Shown: one piece after another, positions 35,640-48,949 of the stretch
How positions within the stretch are numbered: the first letter of the stretch is position 1
How the letters are laid out: each line of letters begins with the position of its first letter
Assembly: GCF_018350175.1 (NCBI RefSeq)
Contig: NC_058382.1
Coordinates: 61,816,001-61,880,000, forward strand
Reading direction: 5' to 3'
DNA length: 64,000 nt
From: Felis catus
Taxonomy: Eukaryota
Translations under genes and position numbers: made by a program
Notes under the pieces: model-generated
The model's input: the letters and a program-made list of their open reading frames with translations, nothing else
What the model was told of the DNA's origin: nothing
The model's database searches: none

Positions 35640-38600
35640 GGTTGCTAATACTCCATTGTGTATGTATATATACATACATATATATACCACATCTTTTTAT
35701 CCATTCATCCATCAGTGGAAATTTGGGCTTCTTCCATACTTTAGCTGTTGTTGATAGTGCTGCTATAAACTTTGGGGTTCACTTGTCCCTTCGAAATAGC
35801 ATATCTGTATCTCTTGGATAAATACCTAGTTGTGCAACTGCTGGGTTAGGGTAGACCTCTTTTTCATTTTGTGAGAAACGTACCTACTGTTTTCCAGAGT
35901 GGCTTCACCATTTTGTATTCCCGCCAGCAGCGCAAGAGTTCCTCTTTCACCGCTTCCCCGCCAACATCTGTTGTTGCCTGAGTTGTTAATGTTAGCCATT
36001 CTCACAGGGGTGAGGTGTTATCTCATTGTGGTTTTGATTTGTATTTCCCTGATGATGATTGATGTTGAGCATTGCTTCATGTCTCATTTGGCCATCTGGA
36101 TGTCATCCTTGGAGAAGTGTTTTCTCATGTCTTTGCCCATTTCTTAACTGGATTACTTGTTTTTTGGGTGTTGAGTTCGATATGTTCTTTATAGATTTTG
36201 AATACTAATCCTTTATGTCATATGTCGTTTGCAAATATTTTCTCCCTTTCCGTTGGTTGCCTTTTAGTTATGCTGATTGTTTCCTTCTCTGTTCAGAATC
36301 GTTTTCTTTTAATGAGGTCCTAATAGTTCACTTTTGCTTTTGTTTCCCTTGCCTCCAGAGACTTGTTGACTAAGAAGTTGTGGAAACAAACATCAAAGAG
36401 GTTTCTGCCAGCTTTCTCCTCGAGGGTTTTGATGGCTTCCTATGTTACATTTAGGTCTTTCATCCATTTTGAGTGTCTTTCGTCCATTTTGAGTGTGAGA
36501 AAGTGGTCCAGACTCATTTTCTGTATGTCGCTGTCCAGTTTTCCCAGCACTATTGCTGAGGAGACTGTCTTTATTCCATTGGATATTCTTTCCTTCCTTG
36601 TCAGAGATTAGTTGGCCATACGTCTCTGGGTACATTTCTGTGTTTGTATTCTCTTCCATTGATCTGAGTGTCTGTTCTTGTGCCAGTACCATACTGTCTT
36701 GGTGATTACAGCTTTGTAATACAGCTTTAAGTCCAGGATTCTGATGCCTCCTACTTTGGTTTCCTTTTCAAGATTGCTTTGGCTATTCAGGATCTTTTCT
36801 GGTTCCATACAAATTGTAGAATTCTTTGTTGTAGGTCTGTGAAGAATGCTGGTGTTATTTTGATAGGTATTGTGATGAATATATACATTGCTCTGGATAC
36901 TATTGACATTTTAACAATATTTGTTCTTCCTATCCAGGAGCATGCAATATTTTTCTTTTCTGTGTGTTTGTCGTCTGCAATTTCTTTCATAAGCTTTCTA
37001 TAGTTTTCAGTGCATAGATTTTTCACCTCTTATTTAGACTTATTCCTAGGTATTTTATGGTTTTTGGTGCAATTGTAAATGGGATCGATTCCCTGATTTC
37101 TCTTTCTGTTGCTTCATTGTTGGTGCGTGGGAATGCAACTGATTTCTGTGCATTGATTTTATATCCTGCCACTTTGCTGAATTCATGTTATTTCTAGCAG
37201 TTTTTGGTGCACTATTTTAAGATTTCCACATAGAATTTCATGCCCTCTACCAAGAGTGAAAGATTGAGCTCCTCCTGGAGGATTTGGATGCCTTTTATTT
37301 TTTTGTGTTGTCTGATTGCTGAGGCTAAGACTTCCCATATTATGTTGAATACCAGTGGTGAGAGTGGACATCCTTGTCTTGTTCCTGACCTTAGGAGAAA
37401 AGCTCTCAGTTTTGCTCCATTGAGGATGATCTTAGTGTCGGGTCTTTCACATTTGCCTTTTATGATCTCAAGGTATGATCCTTCTATCCCTACTTTCTTG
37501 AGGGTATTTATCAAGAAAGGATGCTGTATTTTTTCAAATGCTTTCTCTGCATCTATTGAGAGGATCATGTGGTTCTTGTCCTTTCTTTTATCAATGTGAT
37601 AAGTCACATTGATTGTTTTGTGGATATTGAACCAGCTTTGCATTCCAGGTATAAATCCCACTTGGTCATGGTGAGTAACGTTTAAATGTATTGTTGGATC
37701 TGGTTGGTTCATATCTTGTGGAAGATGTTTGCGTCTATGTTCATCATGAAAATTTGTGTATACTTCTCCTTTCTAGTGGGTCTTTTTCTGGTTTTGGAAT
37801 CAAGGTAATGCTGGGTTCAGAGAAAATGTTTGGAAGTTTTCCTTCCATTTCTTTTTTGGGGACAGCTTCAAGAGCATAGGTATTAACTCTTCCTTAAATG
37901 TTTGGTAGAATTTTCCTGGAAAGCCATCTGGACCTGGGCTCTTGTTTTTTGGGATATGTTTTATTAGTAATTCAATGTCTTTGCTGGTTATGGGTCTGTT
38001 CAATTTTCTATTTCTTCCTGTTTCAGTTTTGGTAGTTAATATATTTCTAGAAATTTGTCCGTTTCTTCCAGATTGCTGATTTTATTGGCATATATTTCCT
38101 GATAATATTCTCTTATAATTGTTTGTATTTCTGCTGTGTTGGTTGTGATCTCTCCTCTTTCCTTCTTGATTTTATTTATTTGGGTCCTTTCCTTTTTCTT
38201 TTTGATCCAAATGGCTAGTGGTTTATCACTGTTAGTAATTATGTCAAAGAAACAGCTTCTGATTTCATTGATCTGTTCTACTGTTTGTTTGTTTTTTGTG
38301 GGGTTATATGTTGTTGTTGTTGTTTTTCCTGTGTGTGTTTTTGTTTTAGTTTTCAGTTTCAATAGCATTGATTTTTGCTGTAATCTTTATCATTTCTTGC
38401 CTTCTGCTGGTTTTGGTTTTATTTGTTGTTCTTTTTCCAGCTCTTCAAGGTATAAGGTTAGGTTGTATATCTGAGATCTTCTTACCTCTTTTGGAAGGCC
38501 TGGATTGCTATAAACTTCCTCTTATGACTACCTTTGCTGAATCCCAGAGGTTTTGGTGTGTAGTGTTATCCGTTTCGTTGGCTTCCATGTACTTTTTAAT

Positions 38601-40126
38601 TTTCTCTTTAACTTCTTGGTTCACCCATTCATTCCCTGTTCTTTGAATTTTATCTTTTATTTTTTAACGTTTACATCCAAATTAGTTAGCATATAGTGCA
38701 ACAATGATTTCATGAGTAGATTCCTTAATTCCCCTTACCCATTGAGCCCAACCCCCTCCCACATCCCATCCAGTAACAAGCTGTCTGTTCTACATAGTTA
38801 TGAATCAATTCTGTTTTGACCCCTCACTGTTTTTATTTTATTTTTGTTTCCCTTCCCTTATGTTCATATGTTTTGTCTCTTAAAGTCCTCATGTGAGTGA
38901 AGTCATATGATTTTTGTCTTTCTCTGACTGACTAATTTCACTTAACATAATATACTACAATTCAATCCACATAGTTGCAAATGGCAAGATTTCAGTCTTT
39001 TTGATTGCCAGGTAACACACCTTTGTATATATGTACCCTTCTTCTTTATCCATTTATCCATTGATGGACATTTAGGCTTTTTCCATACTTTGGCTATTAT
39101 TGATAGTGCTGCTATTATCATGGGGGTGGTGCATGTGTCCCTTCGAATCAGCACACCTGTATCCCTTGGATAAATGCCTAGCAGTGCAATTGTTGGGTCG
39201 TAGAGTAGTTCTGTTTTTACTTTTTTGAGGAACCTCCATACTGTTTTACAGAGTGGCTGCACCAGCTTGCATTCCACCATTCATTCTTTGGTAGTATGTT
39301 CTTTAGTCTCCAAGTATTTGTCCTCTTTCCAAATTTTTTCTTATGGTTGATTTTGAGTTTCATAGCATTGTGGTCTGATAATATGGACATCATGGAATGA
39401 TCTCGAACTTTTTGTACTTCTTGAGGGATGATTTGTTTCCAGTATGATATCTATTCTGCAGACGTTCCATGTGCCCTGGAGAAGAATGCATATTCTGCTG
39501 CTTTAGGATGAAATGTTCTGAATATATCTGTTAAGTCCATCTGGTCCATTGTCTCACTCAAATCCATTGTTTGTTTGTTGATTTTCTGTTTAAATTATCT
39601 TTCTGTTGTCATAATGGGGTGTTGAAGTCCCATACTATTATGGTTTTATTATCAATGATCTTCTTTATATTTGTGATTAATTGATTTATATTTTTGGGTG
39701 CTCTCACATTGGGAGCATAAATGTTTACAATTGTTAAGCTTGTTGGTGGATAGGCCCCCTCAATTATGATGCAACATCCTTCTTCATCTCTTGTTACAGT
39801 CTTTTTTTAAAAGTCTACATTGTCTCATATGAGTACGGTTACTCTGGCTTTCTTTGGCGACCATTAGCATGATAGATGGTTCTCCATCCCCTTACTTTCA
39901 ATCTGAAGGTGTCTTTAGGTCTCATGTGGGTATCTTGTAAATAGCATATAGATGGATCTTCTTTTTTTCCCCACTCTGTTACCCTATGTCTTTTGATTGG
40001 AGCATTTATTCCATTGACGTTTAGAGTGAGTACTCAAAGATATGAGATTATTGTCATTATGTGTCTTGTAGAGTTAGATTTTGTGGTGGTGTTTTTTGTG
40101 CTATCCACTCTTTGGTACTTTTGGTG

Positions 40127-40202
<76 letters not shown>

Positions 40203-40722
40203 ACCTTTTTACATCTTTTCTTCCTCAGAGAGTCCCCCTGAAAATTCCTTGAGGTCTTGTTTAGTGGTCATGAACTCCTTTAAGTTTTGTTTGTCTGGGA
40301 AACTTTTAATCTGTCCTATTTTGAATGACAGACTTGCTGGATAAGGAATTCTTAGCTGAATAGTTTTCTGATTCAGCACATTGAGTATACCTTGCCACTC
40401 TTTTCTGCCCTGCCAAATCTCTGTGGATAGGTGTGCTGCAAACCTGATCTGTCTTTCATTGTTTGTTAAGGACTTTTTTCCCTTGCTGCTTTCATGATTC
40501 TTTCCTTGCCTGAGTATTTTCTGACTTTGAATATAATATTCCTTTTACTGGTGGGTTTTTGTTGAATCTAATGAGAGTCTTCTGTGCTTCCTGGATTTTA
40601 ATGTCTGTGCCTTTTCCCAGGTAAGAAAAATTATCTGCTATGATTTGCTACATTAACACTTCTACCCCTTTTCTCTCTCTTTATCATCTCGGATGCTATG
40701 ATTCTGATGTTCTTTTTAATAA
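35640..40722 (-). mobile_element. Carnivore L1 (ORF2 through the 3' part of ORF1), disrupted and truncated by FA-SAT array 2
   Basis: ORF2 RT motifs [23 protein letters not shown]...[13 protein letters not shown]...[12 protein letters not shown] (37212-37712) and [20 protein letters not shown]; (TG)n at 40130-40200. Confidence 0.95.
38646..39279 (-). mobile_element. Nested L1 3' end inserted in the larger L1
   Basis: Has its own T-rich tail and ORF2 C-terminus (38942-39280); ccattcattc is duplicated on both sides. Confidence 0.85.
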
Positions 40723-43700
40723 GATAGGGTTAGGGGTAGGTTGATGGTTATGGTTAGGGTAAAGGCTAGGATTGGGGTTAGGTCCTAGGAGGCTGCAGGC
40801 ACTGAAACCCCAACAGTGCACTTGCTTCCATGAAGGGCTGAGTGGAGTACACAATGGAGGGTCCAGTCAGGATTAGTCTCTGGATACCAAGACCAGCCAA
40901 CTCTAAGGGACGCCTTTTGAGTAGGCCTCAGAAATACTCTCTTGTAGATGCAGTCGTGCTTTGGAAATGGCATGGTGATGTTTCAGATTCCATGCCGAGT
41001 ATTTCTGCACAAATTTATGAACCTGTGTGTGTTCTGTTGTCAGACTTTGAAATTGGGTCCCCATTGGGAGAAGCCATAGCTAGGGTTAGATTTCATCCAG
41101 CGACATCACCAGGGCTGAAGTGACACCAGTGTCCTGAAATACATGGAGGGCTGAAGTGAGGGCACATGTGCGGATGCGGGTCTGCTGTAGAGTTACTGTG
41201 ACAGATAGGGTTAGGTGTAGGTTGAGGGTTGCGGTAAGGGTTAAGGTTAGGGTTAGGGTTATGTCCGAGGAGGCTCCAGGCACTGACCCCCCAGGAGAGC
41301 AATTGTCTGCCCGAAGGGCTGAGTGGAGTACACAGGGAGTGTGCCAGTTAGGATTAGGCTTGGGTTCCAAGACCAGACAAAATATGGTCAGCCCTTCAGG
41401 GAGACCTCAGGTATCCTCTCATGCAGCTGCAGGTGCATTTTGGAAACGACATGGTGATGTTCCACATTCCATGCCTAATATTTTTGTACTGATACTCGAA
41501 CCCATGTATGTGCTGTTGTCAGACACTGGAATTGGGTCCCGATTGGGAGAGAGCCTTAACATTGGTTAGGGTTCGATCCAGGCACTTCACCAAGGCTGAA
41601 GCAACTCGAGTCTCCTGACCTTTGTTTATACGGTGGGGTTCGGTTGAGGAATAAGCTTAGAGTTAGGGTTAGGTTTGTTTCCCAGGAGGCTCAAGAGGCT
41701 AATACCACAGCAGTGCAATTGCCTCCCCAAAGTCCTGAGTTGAAGGCAAAATGAAGGGTGCTGGTCAATAGTAGTCTTTGGTTTCCAAGAACAGTCAACT
41801 GTATGGGCCACTAGTCGGGTAGGCATCAGGAAACCTCTCGGGCAGCTGCAGCCCGGCCTTGGAAATGACATGCTAATGTACCAGGATCCAGTCCAAGTGA
41901 TCCTTCATCTCTTCTGAGCCCAGGCGTGTGGTGTTGTCAGATTCTGGTATTGGATCCCCATGGGGAAAGAGTCTTAGCTATGTTTGAAGTTCAGTCCACA
42001 GATGTCGCCAGAGGGAAAGTGAATCCAGACTCGTGATACCAGTCAAGATTTGAAGTGAGGGCCTAAGCGACGGTGTGGGTCAAGTGTAGGATTATGTTTG
42101 AGAAAGGGTTAGGCTTCCATTGACCTTTGTGGTTAGATTTATGGTTAGGTTAAGGCCCCAGGAGCCTCCAAGCACTGAAGCCAAAGCAGTACAGTTGTAT
42201 CACCGAAGGGATGAGTGGAGGGCACAAAGGAGGGTGCTGGTCAGTATAAGAATTTGGATTCAAAGGCCACACAATTCTATGGGCCACAGGTCAGGTAGGC
42301 TTCAGGAATGCTGCAACCAGGGCCTGGCAAATGACATGGTGAACTTCCAGGTTCCATGCCGACTGACCCTGCACCAATTATGGACCACAGGCTCTTGGTA
42401 CTGTGAGACTTTGGTATTGGGTACCCATGGGGAGAGAGCCTTAGCTAGGGTTAGGTGTCGGTGCAGGGATGTCGCCAGGGCCAAAGTGACTCCAGTCTCA
42501 ATATATCCCTTAAAGTCTGAAGTGAGGGCCCATGCGATGGTGCAGCTCAAGTGTAGGGTTAGGCGTTGAGATAGGGTTAGTTTTTGTTGGAGGGTTCTTG
42601 TTTGGGGGAAGGTTAGTGTTATGGTTAGGTCCCAGGAGCAACAGGCGCTGAAACCATAGCAGTGCAGTTGTCTCACCGAGGGGCTAGGTTGAGGGCACAA
42701 GGGATGGTGCCGGTCAGGATAAGTCTATAGCTTCCGAGGCGAAACAACACTAACAGCCCTCGTTCGGGTATACCTCAGGAATCCTCTTGGACAGCTGTAG
42801 CCGGGCCAGGGTAATGACAAGGTATGATTCCAGGCTCCAGGCCGAGTGAGACTGCACCGCTTCTGGACCCCAGGTGTGTGGTGTTGTCAGAATTTGATAT
42901 TGGGTCCCGATGGGGAGGGAGCCTTAGCTAGGGTTAGGGTTCGGTCCAGGGATGTCGCCAGGGCTGAAGCGACTCCAGTCTTGAGATCCCCCACGAGGGC
43001 TGAAGTGAGGGCCCATGCGACGGTGCAGCACAAGTGTTGGGCTAGGGTTCGAGGCCAGCTTAGGTTTCGGGGAGGGTTCTGGTTAGGGTTGGGTTTGGGA
43101 TAGGTTTGGTCCCAGGAGGTTCCAGACGCTGAACCCACTGCCGTGCAGTGCTCTCCCCCAAATGCTTAGTTGAGAGCAGAAGGGAGAGTGCGGGTCAGGA
43201 TCAGTCTTTGGCTGCCAAGGCCACACAAGTCGATGGGCCCCTGGTCGGTGAGGCCTCAGGTATATTCTCGGGCAGCTGCAGCCGGTCCTGGGAAACGACA
43301 TGGTGAGCTTCCAGGTTCCATGCCGAGTGACACAGCACTGCATCTGGACCCCAGGTGCATGATGTTGTTAGTCTTTGGTATTGGGACCCCATGGGAACAG
43401 CCTTAGCTAGGGTTAGAGTTCGGTCCAGGGATGTCGCCAGGGCCGAAGCGACTCCAGTCTCTTGATCTCCCTCGAGGGCTGAAATTAGGGCCCATGTGAT
43501 GTTCTGTCTGAAGTGGAGGGTTAGGGTTCGAGGCCGGCTTGGGTTTTGGTGGAGGGATCTGGTTATGGGTATGAAGTGAGGTTTAGGGTTAGGGTTGGAT
43601 CCCAGGACGCTCCAGACATTAAACCCAAAGCAGTGCAGTGGTCTCCCCGAAGGTATGAGTTGAAGGCACATGTGAGGGTGCCGACAGGATCAGTCTTTGG

Positions 43701-46700
43701 CTTCCAAGGCCACACACGTCAATGGGCCCCTGGTCGGGAGGCCTCAGGAAATCTCTAGGTCAGCTGCAGTCGGGCCTGGGTAATGACACGGTGAGCTTCC
43801 ATGTTCCATGCCGAGTGACTCTGCACTGATTCTGTACCCCAGGCGCGTGGTGTTGTCAGACTTTGGTTTTGGGGCCCATGGGGAGAGAGACTTAGCTTGG
43901 GTTAGGGTGCGATCCAGGGTCATCACCAGGGCTGAAGCGACTCCAGTCTCGTGATCTCCCTCAAGGGCTGAACTTAGGGTCCATGTGATAGTCCGGCTCA
44001 AGTGTAGGGTTAGGTTTCGAGGCCGGCTTAGGTTTCGGTGCAGGGTTCGGTTAGAGGTAGAATTAGTTTTAGGTCCCAGAAGGCTCCAGGCACTAAACAC
44101 ACAGCAATGCAGTGGTCGCCCCGAAAGACTGAGTTGAGAGCACAAGAGAGGGTGACAGTCAGGATCAGTCTTTGGCTTCCAAGGCCACACAACTCTTGGG
44201 CCCCTGGTCCGGGAGGCCTCAGGAATCCTCTCAGAAAGCTGCAGCCGGACCTGGGAATCAACATGGTGAGCTTCCAGGTTACATAGCGAGTGACCCTGCA
44301 CCTATTCTGTACCCCAGGTGCGTGGTGTTGTCAGAATTTGATATTGGGTCCCGATGGGGAGGGAGCCTTAGCTAGGGTTAGGGTTCGGTCCAGGGATGTC
44401 GCCAGGGCCGAAGCGACTCCAGTCTCGAGATCCCCCATGAGGGCTGAAGTGAGGGCCCATGTGACAGTGCAGCATAAGTGTTGGGCTAGGGTTCGAGGCC
44501 AGCTTAGGTTTTGGGGAGGGTTCTGGTTAGGGTTGGGTTTGAGATAGGTTTGGTCCCAGGAGGTTCCAGATGCTGAACCCACTGCCGTGCAGTGCTCTCC
44601 CCCAAATGCTTAGTTGAGAGCAGAAGGGAGGGTGCGGGTCAGGATCAGTCTTTGGCCGCCAACGCCACACAAGTCGATGGGCCCTTGGTCGGTGAGGCCT
44701 CAGGTATCCTCTCGGGCAGCTGCAGCCGGTCCTGGGAAACGACATGGTGAGCTTCCAGGTTCCATGCCGAGTGACACAGCACTGCATCTGGACCCCAGGC
44801 GCGTGATGTTGTCAGACTTGGTATTGGGATCCCATGGAAACAGCCTTAGCTAGGGTTAGGATTCGGTCCAGGGATGTCGCCAGGGCCGAAGCGACTCCAG
44901 TCTCTTGATCTCCCTCGAGGGCTGAAATTAGGGCCCATGTGATGTTCTGTCTGTAGTGGAGGGTTAGGGTTCGAGGCAGGCTTAGGTTTCGGTGGAGGGT
45001 CCCGGTTCGGGGTAGGGTTAGGGTTAGGGTTAGGTCCCAGGAGGCTCCAGGCGCTGAACCCACAGCAGGGCAGTGGTCTCCCCGAAGGGGTGAGTTGAGG
45101 GCACAAGGGAGGATGCCGCTCAGGGTTAGTCTTTGGCTTCCAAGGCGACACAACTCTATGGGCCCTTGGTCGGGATGCCTTAGGAATCCTCTTGGGCAAC
45201 TTCAGCCGGGGCTGTGAAACGTCATGTTGAGCTTCCAGGTTCCATGCCGAGTGAGCCTGCACTACTTCTGGATCCCAGGCGCTTGGTGTTGACAGAGTTT
45301 GGTATTGGTTCCCCATGGTGAGAGAGCCTTAGCTAGCGTTAGTGTTCAATCCAGGGATGTCTCCACGGCCGATGCGAGTCCAGTCTCATGATCTCCCTCG
45401 AGGGCTGAATTGAGGGCCCATGGGGCGGTGCGGCTCAATTGTAGGGTTATGGTTCGAGGCCGGCTTAGGTTTCGGTGGAGGGTTCCGTTTCGGGGTAGGG
45501 TTAGGGTTAGGGTTAGGTCCCAGGAGGCTCCAGGAGCTGAATCTACAGCAGTGCAGTGGTCTCCCCAAAGGCTGAGTTGTGGGCACAAGTTAGGAAGCCG
45601 GTCAGGGTCTGTCTTTGGCTTCCAAGGCCACTTTACTCTATGGTCCCCTGGTTGGTGTGGCCTATAGAATTTTCTCGGGCAACTACAGCCTGGCCTGGAA
45701 ATGATATGGTGAGTTTCCAGGTTCCATTCCGAGTGACACTGCACCACTTCTGGACCGCAGGCATGTGGTGTTGTCAGTCTTTGGTTTTGGGTCCCCATGG
45801 GGAGAGAGCCTTACCTAAGGTTAGGGTTCAGTCCAGGGATGTCGCCAGCACTGAAGCAAGTCCAGGGTTTGAGGCCAGCTTAGGTTTTAGTGGAGTGTTC
45901 CAGTTAGGGGTATGGTTAGGGTTAGGTCCCAGGAGTCTCCAGGTGCCTATCCCACAGCAGTGCAGTTGTGTGCCTGAATGACTGAGTTGAGGGCACAAGG
46001 GAGGGTGCCAGTCAGGATCATTCTCTGGCTTCCATGGACACACAACTCTATGGGTCCCTGGTTGGCGAGCCCTCAGGAATTCTCTCTGGCAGCTGCAGCC
46101 GGGCCTGGTAAAGGACATGTTGAGTTTGCAGGTTCCATGCCGAGTTATTCTGCACTGCTTGTGGACCCCAGGTGCGTGGTGTTGTCAGACTTTGGTATTG
46201 GGTCCCCATGGGCAGAGAGCCTTAGCTGGGGTTAGGATTTGGTCCAAGGATGTTTCCAGGGCCGAAGCGACTCCAGTCTTGTGATCTCCCTTGAGGGCTG
46301 ATTTCTGGGCCCATGTCACGGGGTGGGGGGGGGTAGCAAATGTAGGGTTAGTGTTCGATATAGGGTTATATTTGGTTTAGGGTTCTGGTTAGGGTTCTGT
46401 AGGGTTAGTGTTTGGGTTAATTCCTATGCGGCTCCAGATGCTGAACCCACAGTACGGTAGTTGTCTCCCCGAATGGTGATTTGATTGCAGACGGGAGGGT
46501 CTCAGTCAGGACTAGTCTTTGCCTTTCAAGGCCACACAACTCTATGGGCCCCTGGTCGGATAGGCCTCAGGAATCGTTTCGGCACATGTTGCTGGTTGTG
46601 TCAAAGGATATGCTGAGGTTCCTGGTTCTATGCCGAGTCATCCTGCACTGCTTCTGGACCCCAGGCGCGTAGTGTTGTCAGACTTTGGTATTAGGTCCCT

Positions 46701-48195
46701 ATGTGGAGAGAGCCTCATTTAGGGTTTGTGTTCAGTCCAGGTACATCACCAGGGCCAAAGTGACACCATTCACATGAGTTCCATGGAGGGCTAAAATGTG
46801 GGCACTTGGGCGGTTGTCTGTCTGGTGTAGAGTTAGTGTGAGAGTTTGTATTAGGTTTAGGTTTAGGGTTAAGTTTACAGTTGTTTAGGGGTAAGATTAG
46901 TTCCCAAGCATTTCCAAGCCCTTAATGTACAGTAGTGCAGTTGTCTCCCCGAAGGACTGACTGGTGTGCGGAAGGGTCCTGATCAGCATTAGTCTTTGTG
47001 TTCCAAGGCCAGACACATATATCTGCACTCAGGATGTAGGCCTCAAGATTCCTCCTGTGCATCAGAAGCCATGCTTTGGAAATGACATGGTGATGTTCCA
47101 TGTTTCACACAGAATTATCTTGCACCGCTTCTCAACCCAGTGTGTGTGCTCTTGTCATACTGTGGTATTCGGTCCCCATGTGGAGATAGCCTTAGCTCCG
47201 TTTGGGTTTTGTGCCAGGGAAATCTCCAGGGCTGAAGTGACACCAGTCCTGTGATCTCCCTCTATCAATGATGTGTGGGCACATGCATGCTGCGAGCCAG
47301 GTTTAGGGTGAGTGTTAAAGATGAGGTGAGGTTTAGGTTCACGTATATACTGTGGGTGACTGTTAAGATTAGGGCTTGGGCACAGGAGGCTCGTGGCACT
47401 CTACCCCCAGTAGGGCAGTTGTCCCCCCGCAGGGCTGAATAGAGGGGTCTAAGGAAGGTTCCAGTCAGGCTGAGTTTTGGGTCCAGGGTCACTCCTTGGT
47501 TAGACCTCAAGAAGTCCCCTGTGGGGCTCCTTCTGGTCTTTGGAAATGACATTGTGATATTCCAGGTTCCATGTTGAGTAATCCTTCTCCGCTTCAGGGG
47601 CCCATGTCCGTCATGTCCTCAGACTTAGGAATTGGGTCCCCATTAGGAGAAAGCTTTAGCCAAGGTTAAGTTTTGGTCCAGGGACGTTGCCAGGGCTGGA
47701 GCAACACCATTGCCATGATCACCCTGGAAGTCTGAATGAGGACCCATGCGCGGGTGCGGGTCATGTGTAGGGTTAGGTTTGAGTTGGGGTGAGGTTTAGT
47801 TTGAATGGTATGTGAGTGTCACAGTTAAGGTTAGGGTTAGGCCCCAGGGAGCTCCAAGCGCTGAAACTCTTGCAGGGTAGTGGTCTTCCCAAAGGATTGA
47901 GTGTAGGCCTCATTGGAGCGGGCTGTTCAGGCTTAGTCTTTGTGTGCCAGGGCCAGCTGTGTGTGCCATCTTCAGTTGGGCCTCATCAACCCCCTTGTGC
48001 AGCATCATGTGGGCATTGGAAATGTCATGATGATGTTTGATGTTCCATGCCAAGTAAGTCTGCACCTCTTTGGGCCATTTGTTTGTGGTGTTCTCAGAGA
48101 TAGGAATTGGGTCCCTATCCAGAGAGATCCTTAACTCTCTGGGTTAATGGTCTGTCCAGGGACTTCACCAGTGCCAAGGTGACACCATTCCTGTG
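40723..48195 (+). repeat. FA-SAT-like satellite array 2, about 15-16 monomers with a more homogeneous core
   Basis: About 481-bp period of 'gagccttagctagggttaggg...ccagggatgtcgccaggg'; near-identical blocks offset by 1444 bp. Confidence 0.92.
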
Positions 48196-48705
48196 TGTCG
48201 TATGTGTTGGCTAGGGTTTGGGATTGGGTTTGGTGTTAGGGGTCAGGGTTATGGTTAGGGTTGGTGGTAAGTTAGGGTTATGGTTAGATGGTAGGATTAA
48301 GGTTAGGTGTTAGCGTTAGTGTTAGGGTTTGCGTTAGGTTTAGGGATAAGGTGTGATCTAGGTCTAGGACTTTGGTTCGGGTTATGGGTTAGGGGATTGG
48401 ATTAGGGGTTAGTGTTTGGGTTAGTGTTAGAATTTTATGTTTAGGGTTAGTGTTAGTGTTTGGGGTTATAATTTTAGTGTTAGCAGGTAGAGTTAGAGCA
48501 TTAGGGTTAGGGTTTTAGGATTAGAGTTTTAGGATTAGGGTAAGAGGGTTAGGGTTAGTAAGGGATATGTTTACTTTTACGGTTCGGTTGGGTTAGGGTT
48601 GGGTTTACACGTAGGGATAGGGCCTGGGCTTAGTATTCGGACTATGGTTAGGGTTAGCTGTTAGGTTTAGGTGTTGGGATTTGAGTTAGGGTTAGGGTTA
48701 GGGCT
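48195..48705 (+). repeat. Degenerate (TTAGGG)n interstitial telomere-like tract, about 500 bp
   Basis: Dense ttaggg, ttagtg and ttatgg hexamers. Confidence 0.9.
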
Positions 48706-48945
48706 ACAGCAAGAAGTAGGTCATGTTTGCACTGCCACTTGGAGTGGGAGGATGTTCATGCGTGGACACCGCCCTCCATCCTGGAGGGATTGCATTCATT
48801 TTATCGCCCCTGTATTCCTGCACTGCAGGTTGTTTTCACCTCGCTCCTTTCCAGCTTGGGTGTGGAGTGTTTCATGCCATCACCCTGCCCTCTCTCGGTG
48901 TGGTAGGATTTCAATTGCTGCCTCATCCATTTTTGGTCCTTGGGG
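48705..48945 (+). repeat. Start of satellite 2, a copy of 24850-25090
   Basis: Shares 'agtaggtcatg.ttgcac...tgttcatgcgtggacacc.ccctccatc...ctgcactgcaggttgtt...accctgccctctctcggt.tggtaggatttca'. Confidence 0.9.
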
Positions 48946-48949
48946 TGCA

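Noticed and set aside
17553..48195. Many 60-225 aa ORFs inside the satellites (VRVRVR, PNPNP and LTLTL-rich)
   Set aside because: These are translations of TTAGGG-like hexamers and GC-rich repeats; frames are not conserved between monomers
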